64,000 nt of DNA, taken from NCBI RefSeq assembly GCF_009914755.1, contig NC_060925.1. The stretch is one strand, 5' to 3'. Below are positions 35,831 through 50,290 of this stretch, one piece after another. Numbering within the stretch: the stretch's first letter is position 1; each line of letters begins with the position of its first letter. Source of the stretch: the human T2T-CHM13v2.0 reference genome, Homo sapiens. Made by a program: the position numbers and the translations under genes. The notes under the pieces were generated by a model that saw only the letters and a list, made by a program, of their open reading frames with translations, was not told the DNA's origin and ran no database searches.

Positions 35831-38800
35831 CCTTTAAGAAAGGGCCCTTTCATATACGTATGAAAGAAACCGCAAAGCTTTCTCTGAAGCACGTCGCTTT
35901 GGCATTTCCTCCCTGGGAAGACTGGGGGGCATGACCGCTTCCCCGCTAGTTCCCACCCCACTGCATTTAGTCTTAATTCGTCCCAGTCTAAGCAGCTTGC
36001 AAGTCCTCTCCCTAAGTCATTAAAACGCGTGTCCCCTTTTGGTTTTACCTTTTGTTCCTGCTCGGGCAATTTGTCTGTCCAAAGCATGATTTTTTCTTCC
36101 TTTAGAGGCTCATTAAGGATAAAGAATCTCAAGCAGTTCAGCTTTATCTGCAGTCCCACCCCTGTAAATCTGAGTGGTGTCCAGGCATAGTTTCACTCCA
36201 GAGGCAGAAGAAAGGGAGTAGTGAGGATCAGTAAAGGTTAAAGAATTTAGAATAAATACGAGCGTGGGGGAGGTGAAGAAGAGAGATGGGATTGAAGGAG
36301 AATTGAAGATCAATTTTGATCAAATGGATCAAAACTTTGTACCTCTGCTCTAGTAAGACCTTTGCACCGTCTCTGCCACATGGGACTTGGAGATATTAGT
36401 TGTTACAAAAATTGCTTCCAGTTTTGAATGTGCTACTAGTCACTGTGTAGCTCTTGATAAATTAATTAGTAAATTGGCTCCCTCTGGCCTAAAATTACCT
36501 TACCTGTTTTTTAAAAAAGATAACATTGTTGTATCTTTTCTAGTTAGAACTTCCTACTCTGTAGGTGAACAAAATAAGGAGCAGAACTTAAACACCATAG
36601 AGAGGGTTACCGATACCTGCAACTAGTCCACTAGCTCTTTGTAGGAACTGTCTATATATTCTTTGCATCTTGTGCATAGTACCTAGAACGGCAACTTACA
36701 TGTAGATATCAGATGTTTGCTAGAACATTCCTTTAAAATATTGGGGTTCGGCTAAACGGAAATTAAGTCCTTGTGCCTTCATCTACTAGCTTTGTGACCT
36801 TAGTTAAGTGACTTAACTTCTCTGTGTCAGTTCCTCATCTATGTGAACATAATACCTACAGTATCTACTGATGTGATTGTTATTAGATGTGTTAATACAT
36901 GTAGAGTGGTTAGAACAGAGAATGGTATATTTTAAATATGGCAGATGAAAAATGTTGGCAAAGATAATAATCATAAGAATCATTCTTATGAGAATCCTCA
37001 ATTTCTCATACCACCCATGCAAATCTTAGTAATTGTTACAACTCAGAAACCAGGGTGATCGGGAATGAGTAGTTTCTTCTGAAAGTCTGAAATTGCTCAT
37101 CTTTGGCTCATAGCTCAAATGGTCATGGTTAGAGCCAGCATGGTTGACTCCAAGGAGCCTGTGCTCTACAAAGGGCCAGGAGTCAGAGTATAGGGACTCT
37201 TTCTGCATATTTTTACTCAAGCCAGACTCCTAGGGTTCTCTGCTGCTGCTTCTCTAATTAACGTCACAAAGGATGTCTTGAGTAAACACAATCAACAGAG
37301 ATAAACAAGTCTCTCTACCTGGCTGGAGTCTAAATTGATATATTGAGAAATGTTTATATTCCAGCAGAACTCAACATTAAGTTTTTACATTAAGAGTCTA
37401 ATCACTGGCCTGAAACTCTAGAGGTGAATTTGGGTTTGATGAAGGCAACTGGAGATTACCTAATAATTAGTGGGTCTGAATAAATGAGTTGTGGCTGGGA
37501 TCCTCTCTTGTGGTGGTAGGATCTGGGGACATTAGGATGGCCAGGGACTAATGGCGCAGCATACCCAATGCCCCTATCCACCATTTCCTTCACCATGGCA
37601 CTGCTGCCTTCTCCATCTGCTGCAAACAGGTTTTCAAAACGTGGAGATTTTTCATGTTCCTGAAATAGGGAGAGCATGAGCTTTCTGAAAAGCGTGGGGG
37701 TGGAAACACTTAAGACACTTAGCATAAAAGTCAAGACAGGTTGTAATCTCTCTTGAATTTCCACTTGCTCAAAGCTGTCTTTGTCCACTGACATTACCTT
37801 CCTACCCCCTTCCCGCCCATCTTTACAATTGTTCCATATGTCTAGAATAAGTTTCTGTTCTAAATCTAATGCTCTCAATTCCACTGTCACCACAGCACAG
37901 CCATTTCACTGCTTCTTAAATTAAAAAAAGAGAAAGGAAATAATTTCTAAAAGTATTTTTCTTCGGAAAAACCCTTTCTGGATTGTTGTGTGTGAGCGTG
38001 TGCATTTCTTCCCTGGCTTGTGCTTCTTTATTGACCCCATTTTCATTTATATGCTCCACACCCTAAACTAACCTGGACATGTATATGATGTGAATGCTTT
38101 CCTCTCTACTCTTGTAGTAGATGACTGTCTTATTCTACCATCTGTATGTCACAGAAGTATTTGTTCTTCCTAGTGGGTTTGTCTTAGATTGCAGGCCCTC
38201 AGGGGTTACAGCCACAGTCAGTAGGTCCTCACACTGCCCAGAGCAGTTCCCTGTCATCATTTGAGATGTCTCATGATGATAATTTCCTTCTCTGCTATCA
38301 TGTATGCTGATGGGCTGATGCTGATGAGCTTCTGTCTCCTCCCTCAGTCTCCACTAAGTCTCCCAGTAAAAGGCTGGTGACCTCTTTCCCCCAGTTTGTT
38401 TTCACTAAACTTGGATTCAGAAGACCTGAGTTTCAGTCCTAGTTCTGTCCTTTGCTAACTCTGTTCTCTGACAAGCCACTGACCTCTGAGGTCCAGCCTT
38501 CTCATCTCTAAAAGGGGACGCTATTGATGTCCCTGATAAGGACATAAATGAATAGCAGCTGTGGAGCACTTGTAAACTCTGAAACCCTTTACAAAGCTCA
38601 AGGATGTTGATTACGCTTGCTGCCATCCCAGACCTCGCACTGTTCTTTAATACCAACAATTCAAACTTTACAGCAATTTTCACCTCATTTCGCAAGCTTT
38701 GAGTGGGGATTTAATGTTTTAGATTTGGGTAGGAATCTAATTCTCAGGACAAAATTCTTTTTTAGAATTTAGGTTCTGGAAGAGTTTCTTATCTAGGCAC

Positions 38801-41800
38801 TATTTTATGAGGCCTAGCTTGAGGCGATACATTGTAATTACTCTGTGCTTCAGTTTCCCCATCCAGAGAATGACCATAATAAGGATTTCCAGAAGGAAAA
38901 ATAGTATAACATTAAAACATTATTGATGAAATAAAAGAGTGAATGGCAAATATGAAATTGATTTATTCTCACCCTTTGTGACTCAGTTTCCCCTTCAGTA
39001 AAGTGAAGATAAATTCTTATAAGAAAGAAAACTTTATTATTTGCATTTTACCACAGTGGACTCCAGTAGCTCATAAGATCTTGTGTTTTGGTTTATTTTT
39101 CCCATCAACTCAAGGTTGTTGTGAGGATAGAGGAATTAATGTCAGTAACATGATTGGGGATCCCCAGACTAAAGGTTAAATGAGTCCAAAGCAGAAGTAA
39201 CTTTGCCCAAAGTTACAGCTCAACCAGAAGGAGCAGAGAGTCTGACTGTTTACTTAGCAGTGACTTGGGGACTCAAGGACTCTCCCCAATTCCACGTCCA
39301 TCACAGTCCACAAATACCCCTTCCTCTCATTTCCCTTTTTCAGGTGTTGGTTCCCCTCTCTCAAATCAGTGCAAAGGAGAGGGTAGTGAGAGATCACGAA
39401 GGAACAGAATGGGAGACAGGATTAACATGAGGAAATGACCATTTAAGCTATTTTGCTGACCCCGCCACCCCCACCCCTGCCTTCCCACTGGCAGCCCAGG
39501 AGAAAGATTCCCCTGACCAAATGTGACTGCCAGAATCTATATATTTCTGAAGGCTTGCTTATTCCAGGAACCCTGCTAAGTTAGTTGGAGCAGAGAGCTA
39601 GCTTCTTCTGGTCTTAACCTATCTAGGGTGTGTTTTCCAAGGCCTGGCATTTGTTCCCCACACTTATAATACCAGCAACCTTGACCTGTTTACCACATAA
39701 ACCTTTTTGCTTTCTTTTGTATTTATTCACTATTCATATCCGGCTCTCATTGTGTTTTCTTTATGACTGTCCATATCATTTGTCATCCTAAGAGGGCAGA
39801 GGCTGTGCCTATCATTATATAGTGACGAATAAAAATGATAATCACTGTACTAGAGACATAGGGATCATAGTCTAACAAATGCAAGTAATGGAGTGAGGCT
39901 TCAAATCAAGTTAATTAAGACTGTTACTTTAAGAATATCTTAGAATAACTTTGCTTTAATAATTACTCATGTATTTATGGACTTGTAGAATCTTAGAGGT
40001 GGAGCGAATGTCAGAAGTCATCTATCTCATCCTCTTATGCAGTTGCCACCAGCCTTTCCTTGAAGCCTAATGATGATGTCATTACTTTGCCCAGCAAACT
40101 AGTCAATGTTTTTCATCATAAAATATATCTACAAAGAGTATATAAAAATGTATATGGATCAGTTGAAGGAAAATAATAAAACAGTTCAGTACCTACCAGT
40201 CAGGCAAATAATCAAAATTAGCATGGCCCAGAAGTCTTCTTTTGCCTCTCTTGGATTTCAGCCAAGTTCAATGCTTAGATCACCCTAATCTGTAGAAAGT
40301 TCTTTCTTATATGGAGCTGAAATGTGTTCCGTGGACTCTACACATGACTCCTGATGTGGTGCTGTGATTAAATTTAATGTAATTAAATTTAATGTTTCTT
40401 CCAAGTGACAACCCATCAACTGTTTGAAGACAGGTATTATGCCAGAGTTGCCAGAAGAAACATCCTCATCCTTAGTTCCTTTCCTCTTCTAATGTGGCTT
40501 CCATAGCCAAACACAATCCTCCACAGACCTGGTCTGACTAGCAAAGTATAGAGTGAAACTCTTCCCTCCTTAATCTGGGCTTTTTTTTTTTTTTTAAGAT
40601 GGCCTTGGATAGGATTGACTGTTTCAGAGATCATAGTACACTGCTGAGTTGATAGTCAAACTCCTCATGGCTTTCTTATAAGGACTGTTAACCCAGGTCT
40701 CTTCTGCTAAGTAGATTTTAAACCTAAATGCAAGACTTTACATCAATTACATTAATTCCTGTCAATTTTATTTTGTAAGTTTTCTCTGTTATTCATTCCA
40801 GCCTGTCTATATCATCTTAATTTATTAGCATGTATTATTGTATAATTTGACAGACTACTTGGAGCAAGCATGAAAACAACTTCTGTGGAATACATTAAAA
40901 CACCAGTGTTAAATTATCCCAAACGCAATCAAATATTTTCAGAATGTTTCAGAAGTCACTGCAGGATGGTGCAGTGTCTCATGAATTATTGTGCCTTTGA
41001 TCTGTGGGATGCCAGTCACTAGTGTTGCAGGTAATGAGATTCCAAATAGCAGAGTGCTTAGTGCATGAAACTCTGGCAGAGAGTTAAAGCCACTGTGGAA
41101 AGCAGAGAACATCAAAGTAAGCTAGTCATTATGTTGGCAGTGGGGAGAGGGGAGTGGGAGTTCATGTACAGTAGTTGGAAATCATAAGGAACTGGGAATC
41201 TATCATATTTTGGCATCAATTCAGAAGGCGGAACTCCTAGATACATGTATTGCCAGGATATATTTCTCTCAACAATAGATTATTGTAATGGGCTTGGCTA
41301 ATGTGCTTGCAATAATGTGTGAGGACCGGGTTCATTGGCACAAGTTTTAAAAACTCACCATCATGATAGCAACAGGTCTTGATTTCATAGCAAAAATTTG
41401 GGCTGCCAATACTTTAAGGAAAGAAGAAAAACTCAAAACTTGTGAGGAAAACACCCTAGCATGCACCTCCTTCCCCTGGCACTTAGGAAAGCACCTGGGG
41501 CACAGAGAACAGGCCCTGCAGAAGCACAAACACACACAAGTGCCATCTTGTCCAGCTTCTCATTATGCAGATGTTGGTTGCAGACCAAGTCTTCTCCTGC
41601 CCCTGCATGCCAGTCTGGTCCAGAACGGCACTAGTTTCTCTTAAGTTCCATGTGGAAAATATTTTGCCCTGAGACTGCCCCTGAAGCCCTGAAACACACA
41701 TTGAACCTGAGTGTTTTAATTGAGCCTCATTACTTGAACTGTGTGTGGGAGGCATGGGACCCTTGGGTCTGAAATAAGGCCAGAGAAGACTCAACTCTCA

Positions 41801-42330
41801 GTTACACAGTTTGTCTTACGGTGCCAAAATACACTGCTGCTGGGAACCCAGTTACTTGTGGTAACTCTGATTTTTTTGCCTCCCCTGCTTCTCATTTACT
41901 CCACGTAATTCTCACATTATCTGCCTGAGTCCTCTCAACTTGATGCGAAGAGAAAAGTGGGAATTCAATGCAAATCATGAGAATCTCTAACATTAGGAGG
42001 GTAGCCAGAATTTGGGGAACAACCAACTCATTTACTTGCCCTCACAACCAGTGACACTCATTAGTTAGGTGCTTGGTTCTTCCCTATTCTGTAGAACATG
42101 GAAGGTCAGATATGTGGGGTTTCATGGAGCAAATGTGACTCATACTAGAATCCAGCAGTGCTTTGTGTGGATTTGTGATTTGCTTCCTGCAATTCCACAG
42201 AACTGAAATCAAATACCTTTTCAGACAGTTCAATCTTATAGTTACTCATGTATCTTTATTTCTCAGTTGAAATTGCTGTCAGTGTAACAGAGCAATATGG
42301 GCCTATTGGCCAAGTTCACTAAGATCATTC

Positions 42331-42646
42331 TTTTTTTTTTTTGAGACAAGGTCCCACTCTGTTGCCCAGGCTGGAGTTCAGTAGCATGATCTCAGCTCAC
42401 TGCAGCCTCGACATTCTGGGCTTAAGCCATCTTCCGACCTCAGCCTTCTGAGTAGTTGGGACTACAGGCATGCACCACTACAACTACACCTGGAGATATA
42501 TATATATATATTTCTTTTTTTTTTTTTGTAGAAATGAGATCTCACTATGTTGTTCAGGCTAGTCTTAAACTTCTGGGCTCAAACAGTCCCCCCTCCTCGG
42601 CATCCTAAAGTGTTGGGATTATAGGTGTGAGCCGCTGTGTCCAGCC
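42331..42646 (-). mobile_element. Alu (AluJ-like) with (TA)n in the central linker
   Basis: Diverged dimeric Alu reverse complement. Confidence 0.9.
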
Positions 42647-42834
42647 AAAATTATTCTTTGTTAGAATAGAAATGGCTTGGTGATATAAATACTCGCTGAC
42701 ATACCACCTTTGCTAGTACCAACAGAACAGAAGGGCTGCCCAGTTCTGAATGATGTTTTTCTAGAAAATGCAATAACTGCTTAGATTTGTATAATTATAT
42801 TTTTCAAAGCATTTAAAAAACATTTTAATTATTA

Positions 42835-43290
42835 ATTCATCCATTATTTATTCATTCCAGAAAAATTCATACAGCAGCTACTGTGTGCCATTCATCATGC
42901 CAGATTTTGGGGAGACAAAGCTTACAGAATTTGGTCTCTTCTTATTGTAATAACAGTTCTATTAGCAATACTCCCTGCAATCATTTAAGGTGTGAACCAT
43001 AGCTTTAAATAAAGTTAAATATTAAAGGTGTTCATATGTTATGCAAGCCAAACATATGAACAGAGTAAACATATGGACCGAGTTTAATGTAATCAAATAT
43101 AACACAAACAGGTTCATCTAGTTCATTAAATTCTATCTGTGCATTCCTTTAACAGATACTGGTTGAACACCTACTATGAACCAGGCACAGTGCTTTGCTG
43201 GGGGTACACAGATGATTGAAACACTGGTCTCCGCTTCAAAGAGCTAATGGGAGAGGTAGACCCATAAGCAGACAACTATGACTCAATGTG
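42835..43290 (-). mobile_element. L2 3' fragments
   Basis: TTCATCCATTATTTATTCATTC..., TTGAACACCTACTATGAACCAGGCACAGTGCT...GGTCTC.GC.TTCAAAGAGCT. Confidence 0.6.
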
Positions 43291-43511
43291 GGAGCAGAGT
43301 GCAACAGTTTGGTAACCTACCCAGTAGTCACTCCCAACCCTTTCTGGCTTCCAGAGCCCTCTTCCCGTTATAAAAGTGAGAATGCTTTCCTATCTTTCCT
43401 TGTAACCAGGAAAAGGGCAGGTTACCAAATCCTGGTCAGTCTACTGGAAGGATTTTAGCAAAGATTTTTCACCTGAAAACGGAGAGGAACTCCTATCCCT
43501 GAATCTCCTTC

Positions 43512-43903
43512 TGTTATGGGCTGAATCATATTCTCTTAGAATTCATATGTTCAAGTCCTAACTCCCAGGACCTCAGAATGTGACTGTATTTGGAAATAAG
43601 GTATTTTAAAGAGGTAAAGAGGTTAAAATAAGGCCATTAGGGTGGACCCTAATCCAGTATGACTGGTATTCTTATAGGAAGAGGACATTAGAATATGGAC
43701 ATTCAACAGAGGGAAGACCATGTCAGGACACAGTGAGAAGAGGCCATCTATAAGCCAAGGAGAGAGGCGTCCAAAGGAGCCAATCCTGCCAACACTTTGA
43801 TCTTGGACTTCTAGCTTCCAGTACTGTGAGGAAATAAAATTGCTATTACTTAAGTTACCCACTCTATGGTACTTTGTTATGGCAGCTTTAGCAAGCAAAT
43901 ATA
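43512..43903 (+). mobile_element. MaLR solo LTR (MLT1B/C-like), nested in an older MLT1-like LTR
   Basis: TGTTATGGGCTGAAT...CCTCAGAATGTGACTGTATTTGGAAATAAGG...TTTGTTATGGCAGC; flanks CCTTC/CCTTT resemble a 5-bp TSD. Confidence 0.85.
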
Positions 43904-44129
43904 CCTTTCCTGGTTTTAAATGTTGTCAAGTTTGGAGTGGCTGCAGCCATCCTGCAGAAGGGCTGAGAGAATTGCAGAGGTGCTGACTTAGAACCCAGAT
44001 ATCACTAAGCCAACCCTGGACTCATCTACTTTCAGACTTCTTGTGAAGAGACAATAAGTCCCTATTGTTTTAGTTACTTTAGGTGTGGGAGTTCTGTTAC
44101 TCACAACCACAAGCGTCCCAATTGATACA
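43904..44129 (+). mobile_element. 3' part of older MLT1-type LTR (5' part probably ~43290-43511)
   Basis: GCTGCAGCCATC, GGACTCATCTACTTTCAGACTTCTTGTGA...TTCTGTTACT...TGATACA resemble an old MLT1 3' end. Confidence 0.55.
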
Positions 44130-46449
44130 AGCAAGGATAGAGACATTGTGGTATTGCAGGGACACCAAGAAGAGGTGTCTAGATGACAATTAAGCTTGGG
44201 TCTTTAAAGATGTTCAGCAATTAATCAAATAAAGAACTGCACAAAGGGCATTTCAGGTGGAGGGGAAAATAACAAGAGCAGAGAACACCAGATATGTGAC
44301 AGAAACTTAGTTACAAGCCTTTGGGTGCTGTAGGAGTTCAAGTGTGGAGCCAAAAGTGTCAAGAAATGAGGCTGCAAAGGTTGGCAGGAGCTGGATAGTG
44401 GAGTGAGGCCTCAGTTGCTGCTAAGAAGCTGTGACTTTTTCCCTATCGGCTTGGTCAGAATTATGTGAATGGAAGATAAATTTAAGGGGTCAAAATTGGA
44501 GGCAGGATTCTAACCAGAACTTCTATGAGCATTCAGGAGAGAGAGGAGGGAACAGAATCAAGGCAGTAGAATAGAGAGGGGAGTGACTGATATTAGAAAA
44601 TTCACAAGGCATTTTTTGAAGATGTTGCATATCAATATTATTGTGCTGTATGGCAATTAGGTGTAAAAGGTAAAGGACTATAATTTATAATGTAGCTGAG
44701 AACAGAAAGCTGAACTTTATCCTGAATGCCACACTATTTTTATAATTTTTAATGAATACTTTACAATAATGTACTATCCACTTCCTTGTTTTCTTCCACA
44801 GAGTTTACTAGACGTAAACTAACCTTTTCTTGATGACTCATGGTCATCGTTATGAAAAAGGGAGGCATGATGGTGTAGAGGAAAGGGCAAAATCATGGTG
44901 TAGAGGAAAGGAGCTTGGGTTAGACATCATGCAGTCTGGGTTTATTCCCAGCTTTGCCACTCGCTAATCTGTACGGTCATGAAAAAGTCACTAAGCCTCT
45001 CTGAGTATTTGTTTCTTCCTTGGCTGCCTGTTTTACTGTGTGGGAAAGGGCTTGCTAGAGCACCAGGCACCATACAATGAGATGTTAGAATACTTTTTCT
45101 AAGATGAAGTGGCATATAACGCAATGCTTGTCTACTTTTGAGTCCTATTGTCCTTTGCTCCTAAAGCAAATCTTTGAGGTTGTTTGCTGTCTCTTTGTTC
45201 TCAAAATGCTTCCTTCTCTAGAAGGCCTTTCACTCACACCTCACCTTGCTCTTCAAGGGCCGTGGGCTGGGAAGCCAGAGGTCAAACTTCTTAAATATTT
45301 TTTCCAGTGTAACCCAGTAAGGCTCCGTGTGGAGGCCTAAGGACCTGGCTTTGGTTCAATTCGTGTCAGTTATTTTTGGTGCTTAAAGGCCTTTTTCACT
45401 TCCGGATTTGGTGCTGCATTCCACAGAATTGAGGTTGTCAGAGCTTAACTTACAGTTAAGCGGGTGTAACTACGGTGCTTTTATACTGCCAAATGAACTA
45501 TTCAGTTTTAATCCTTCCTGTTGAATTATCTCTTTTATCTCTCTGTAACCAGCTTTCTATGATATCATGGACAGATCTATCCTCACCACCACCCACACAC
45601 CATGCCATAAATTAAGACAAAAATCTTGACCATAAGTTTTCAACAGAGATTTCTTGCGTTCCCTCTTTTAAGGATTTAGGGTCCCTGAGTTTCCTCCTCC
45701 CTTCCCCTGCAAATCTAAAGAAGTCCTTGACAGCATTTTGAGGGGCTTTCAGCCCCCCAACACTGTTTGTGGGAGCCTAGGATATAAGGCCCAGGCATAA
45801 GAACATGAGTAGTTCATTTAAATCATAGTAGATAATTACATGAGAAGATGTATAGCATCGTGCTTAAAGCTTGGACTTTTGAATTGGACCACTTGAGCTT
45901 TGATGTGTTGCATATCTCTCTGGGTACTAGTTTCCTCTTCTGTAAAATAAAAGTAATACTTTCTGGCAAGGAGTCAATGTAATAACGCATATAAAGCACT
46001 TAGCACAGACCCTGGTACAAAGTAAGTGCCCCTTAAATGGAAGGTGACCATATTGGTTAGAGACACCAGTCATGGGAGATAGTAAGGCTTACGGGGGAAG
46101 GATCTGGATTCCTTCAGACAAAAGGAGAAGATGGAAGTTGTTTGGAGATGGAGAGAAGAGGATCTCAGAAGAGGGTTAGGTGTTTGGGTAGAGTGGGTTC
46201 TAGACAACAGGCTAGATTTTGGATTATCCATTGAGGGTAATTTCTGGGTTCTGACCAGGCCAAGTTAGGTCTGGGATGTGGAAAGGAGAGATACCTTGGG
46301 AGACTGAGGTGTTCACTACCTTCTTTAGTGACCTCAGCCAAGTCTGAAATTTCAACCATTACATCAAGAAACTCTAGTCTTCATTACCCCAGGTATCCTC
46401 CTTTCTCTCTCATACATCTTTCCTTCTGAGTCCCCATCAAGTTACCTTG

Positions 46450-46985
46450 TGTGGTAGGTTAAAGATAGCATAAATTCTTTGACATGCCTCCCTTAAGAGG
46501 TGGGATCTATATCCCCTTCTCCTGAATTTTGGCTGGCCTCTGACTGCTTTGGCCAGTAGAATACAGCAGAAGTGACATTGTATGAGTTCTGAGCCTAGAC
46601 TTTAAGAGGATTTACAGCTCCCACCTTGCTCTCTTTTAATTCTCTTTAGCTGCTAAGAAGTTTGATTTCCCTACTAGAGAAAGCACATACACAGACCCTG
46701 AGACTACATGGAAAGGGGAAAGTACCCAGCTGAGTCCAGCCTCTCGCCACTTTAGGCAAGGTGGAAGACATATAAGCAAAGCCATCTTGGGCTGTGCAGC
46801 CCAGCTGAGCCACCAGCTGAATGCCACTGTGTTAGTCCAGTCAATACCTCATGGAGCAGAAGAATCACCCACTGAGCCTTGTTCAAATTCCTGACCTACA
46901 AAATCATAATTTACAATAAACTGATTCCTGTTTTAGGCAGCTAAATTTTGGGGTAGTTTATTATGTAGCTATAGATAACAGAACA
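46450..46985 (+). mobile_element. MaLR solo LTR (MLT1H/G-like)
   Basis: TGTGGTAGGTTAAAGAT...TTCTTTGACA..CCTCCC.TAAGAGGTGG...CTAAATTTTGGGGTAGTTT.TTATGTAGC.ATAGATAAC.GAACA. Confidence 0.8.
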
Positions 46986-48658
46986 AAATGACAAAGTAAG
47001 GTTTATTTACAGTTTTTTGAGTGGGTACAAGGGAACTTCGGGGATAAAAAGGGCTCCCCATGATCTCCATCAAAATATTTTCAGAGATAACTATTGGAAT
47101 GAGGAGTACAATCAATCACATCATTGTTACTAATGAAAGGCCCAATGTTCAATTGACCTGGGAAAGGCAATTGACTAAAACTTACCTCACTCCTGTAAGA
47201 ATGGACTCTACCATTCAAATTATTTCAGGTTTAAATGAAAAAATTTAGGAAAACATTTGGGGGGCCTCCTCCCACTGAATAATGGAAGAGGGTAGAAGGG
47301 ATGTGGGATAAAAGAATTGGAAAGAGGACTGCAGAACAGTTTCCAGAAATTGACAGTTTTGCTTAGAACCAGAGTTCCATTTTCCTTCAATCATAAGTGG
47401 AAAAAAAATAAAATCTCTGCCCCAGGTATCTTGGAGGGGCCAGCCATACACACAGCCTGGGGTGGGTAGGCACTATCCTCAAAACTCAGAACCAAACTCA
47501 GAAAAACTGAATTTGGAGAAGTTCCTTGCTCAGGAGCTGGAATTCAGATGCCGGCTCTCCTGGCTCTTTTTCTGAGGGATTTTTCTATTGCATTGTGGTG
47601 TTTCCTTCACCCATGTTGCCAAAGACAGAAGTGCTTATAAATAGTGATTATCTTGCAGTTCTCTGGAACTCCAATTCTCAGAAGTTCAACCTTCTTCTCA
47701 GAGTGGTAACCTTCTGTCATTTTGAGAAGGTGAGAAAGGGCAGGCGTGTTCCATTATCTTTGATGAAGATGGAAACTAAACATGGAGAGGCGGGCTTGGA
47801 CACAGCTCATGCTTCGGAGAGAGGCGTACTGATGTGGCGGGCAGAATTTCAAAGGGTTCAGTTGTCTGGCCTCAGGCATTTACCTTCTAGATGGAGATAT
47901 GGCATCTGCTCCCTCTAAGCAGGATCCGAGCAACTGCAGTATAATGCTGCTCCAGAATCAAGGAGAGATGGGGTAGAGAAGGTACTAGCCAAAGGTGGTC
48001 TCGCAGAGGAGGTGATAGGCATGAGCTGGGAAGGAAGAGTAAGGAAGGATATTCTAGGAGGAAATGCTTTGTGCAAAGTTTCAGAAGCAGAGACAAGCAA
48101 TGTTCATGTTCAAGACATGATAAGAAAATTGCCTGAGATAGAACACAGGCCCTCGCTGAGGAGGCAGGAGAGGTATGATTAGGAAATTAGAGGGAGGGAA
48201 AGAGTGATTAATAATGAAGGGAGGCCTGCACTCTTTGGGCCTGTTTCTTTCTGTGGATCTCTGGACCTCCAGTAAGAGTCCTTTGGTCTCAAGACTAAGC
48301 CTCTAGCTCTTCCCAGTTCCATTTACATTCCTAACTCCCATCTGTATCTCCTGTCTCAGCAGTGATCACTGTAGCACTCATAGTAGCCACCATCTGTGGA
48401 GTGCTAGCCACTGCATGAAGCTCTTTCCCTACATTTCTCTTTTGGCCCTCCTGGAAGCACTAAAAGGGGGCCTGCACTTTATAGATGAAGACTCGGTGAG
48501 ACTGAGGCAGAGCTGGGAGCAGGTTGAGAGATTTGGTAACTTGCCCCACGAATCCCTCATCAATCATAAGTGGCAGAGCCAGGAAGGAGCCCAGGCTGTT
48601 CAACATTAGGCTGTGTTTTCACTGTAATCTATGTGGGCTTTGGCTTTGTGGATGTATG

Positions 48659-48818
48659 CAGGGCCAGTTACGTAATGTGTGGGGCCTAGTGCAAAATAAA
48701 AGTCTGGGGTCCTTTTTTCAAAAATTATTAAGAATTTCAAGATGAAGACAGTAAGCACAGGTCTGAGTGCAGGACCTTGTATGACTGTATGGGTTGCTAG
48801 CACATGAGGCTGGGCCTG
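48659..48818 (-). mobile_element. MER45A (hAT-type DNA transposon)
   Basis: CAGGGCC...CCTG termini; GTGCAAAAT.AAA...TTCAAAAATTATTAAGAATTTCAAGA matches the recalled MER45A reverse complement. Confidence 0.75.
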
Positions 48819-49669
48819 ATTGTGTAGGTCACTGGAGACGCGGGAGGGTCAGACACACTTGGCTCAGTGCTGTCAGCAGCCCCTTATGCCCCAGCCCCAC
48901 TACTGGCTCCCCTCTCCTTCCTTCTAGTAAATCTCTCAGCACTCTCCTATACGGAGGATAGGAAGGAAGGAAGGCCAAGGAATGGGTACTGCCAGTGGGG
49001 AGGGGTGGGCACAGCAGCCCTTTGGCTGATCTGTCTTCAAAGGACCCTCAGTCCCAGAAGCCCAGCAGGGAGCTGCCTTCAGCTCACATTTATGCTGCAT
49101 TCGGGGTAATATATTGTATAGATATGCCTCCATATAATAAGATATGAGCATGATTAATAATCTGGGAATTCCTGGCTCTGCAATGCCCTTTAAGTCTCTA
49201 ATTTATCTAAGGTGACTGAGTGCTAGCACTCTAAATGTTGAGAGGAGGAGGCAAAATAAGTAAAGGGAAAGTCAAGGTTCTTGCCCTCAAAGAATTTTTG
49301 CACTCTGATTGGGGACACGAGATTTCTAAACATTAAATAATTAGAAGACAAAGCCAAATAATATTTAATTACACTGTCAATTAAATATGACCAAGCACCA
49401 AAATATATGTCACTTGCTGAGTGCTGTCTGAAGGAAGAGAAGCTAGGGCTGGCTTGAACAGCATGCAGGCAGCGCTTTGTGAGAAGGTGGTATTTCAGCT
49501 GGGTCTTGAGCAGTGGGTAGGAATTGGAAAGGGGGATGGGACAGTTCAGAGGTGGTGTGTAGAGTGGGTGGGAGTGTTAACAAAGCAAGAAGGCAGAACA
49601 CAGGGTGATTGCATGGGTCTGGGAGGTGACTAGATGGGCTGAGCTGAGGGTGGATGCTGGGCAAAAGAA

Positions 49670-50290
49670 AGAACTCTGGAGTCAGACTCAGGTTTAAGTC
49701 TGGCTCTGCAGAGAACTAGCTGCCCAAACTTTCACGTTACTTAACCTTTCTGATCCTCAATTTCCTCACAATATAATAGTATTTGCCATTCAGGGTTGTT
49801 CTAAGGATTAAATGCAAGTAAAGCAATCAACATAGAGCCAGGCACAAAGTATGCTAAGAAAAGTTAGCTATTTACAGTTATTTTGCAGATAAAATTCCAC
49901 CGGTGAGTAGGATCAGATTATAAAACAACTATCTTGCATTAAATCCTGGCTCCAATCCTTACTAGGTGAGCTAGCTTGGGCAATGTATTTGACCTCTCTG
50001 AACCTCAGTTTCTTCATCTGAAAATAAGGATGATAATGTCACCTCCACTGTGGGGGTTGTTGAAAGGATTAAATGACACTATACATACAAAACACTTAGG
50101 ACAGGCATTGGTACATAATGAAAGCTAATAAATGTTAGATATTATGACAGCCAATCCCCCCCAAATGCAGCAAGGATTTTTTAAAAAGTTTTTTATCATT
50201 CCCATATTGTTGTTGAGGAAACAAAGGCTCAGAGGTTGAGGAACTTGTCCAAGGCCACCCAGCCAGTCCCCATAGAGCCACAGCTCCATT
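49670..50290. mobile_element. Cluster of MIR elements
   Basis: Repeated cores CTCTGGAGTCAGAC, ACCTCTCTGAACCTCAGTTTCTTCATCTGAAAA and GAGGAAACAAAGGCTCAGAGGTTGAGGAACTTGTCCAAGG. Confidence 0.7.

Noticed and set aside
34539-35934. Many overlapping ORFs around the ETV3 promoter
   Set aside because: Expected in a CpG island; only the spliced uORF from 35224 has structural support.
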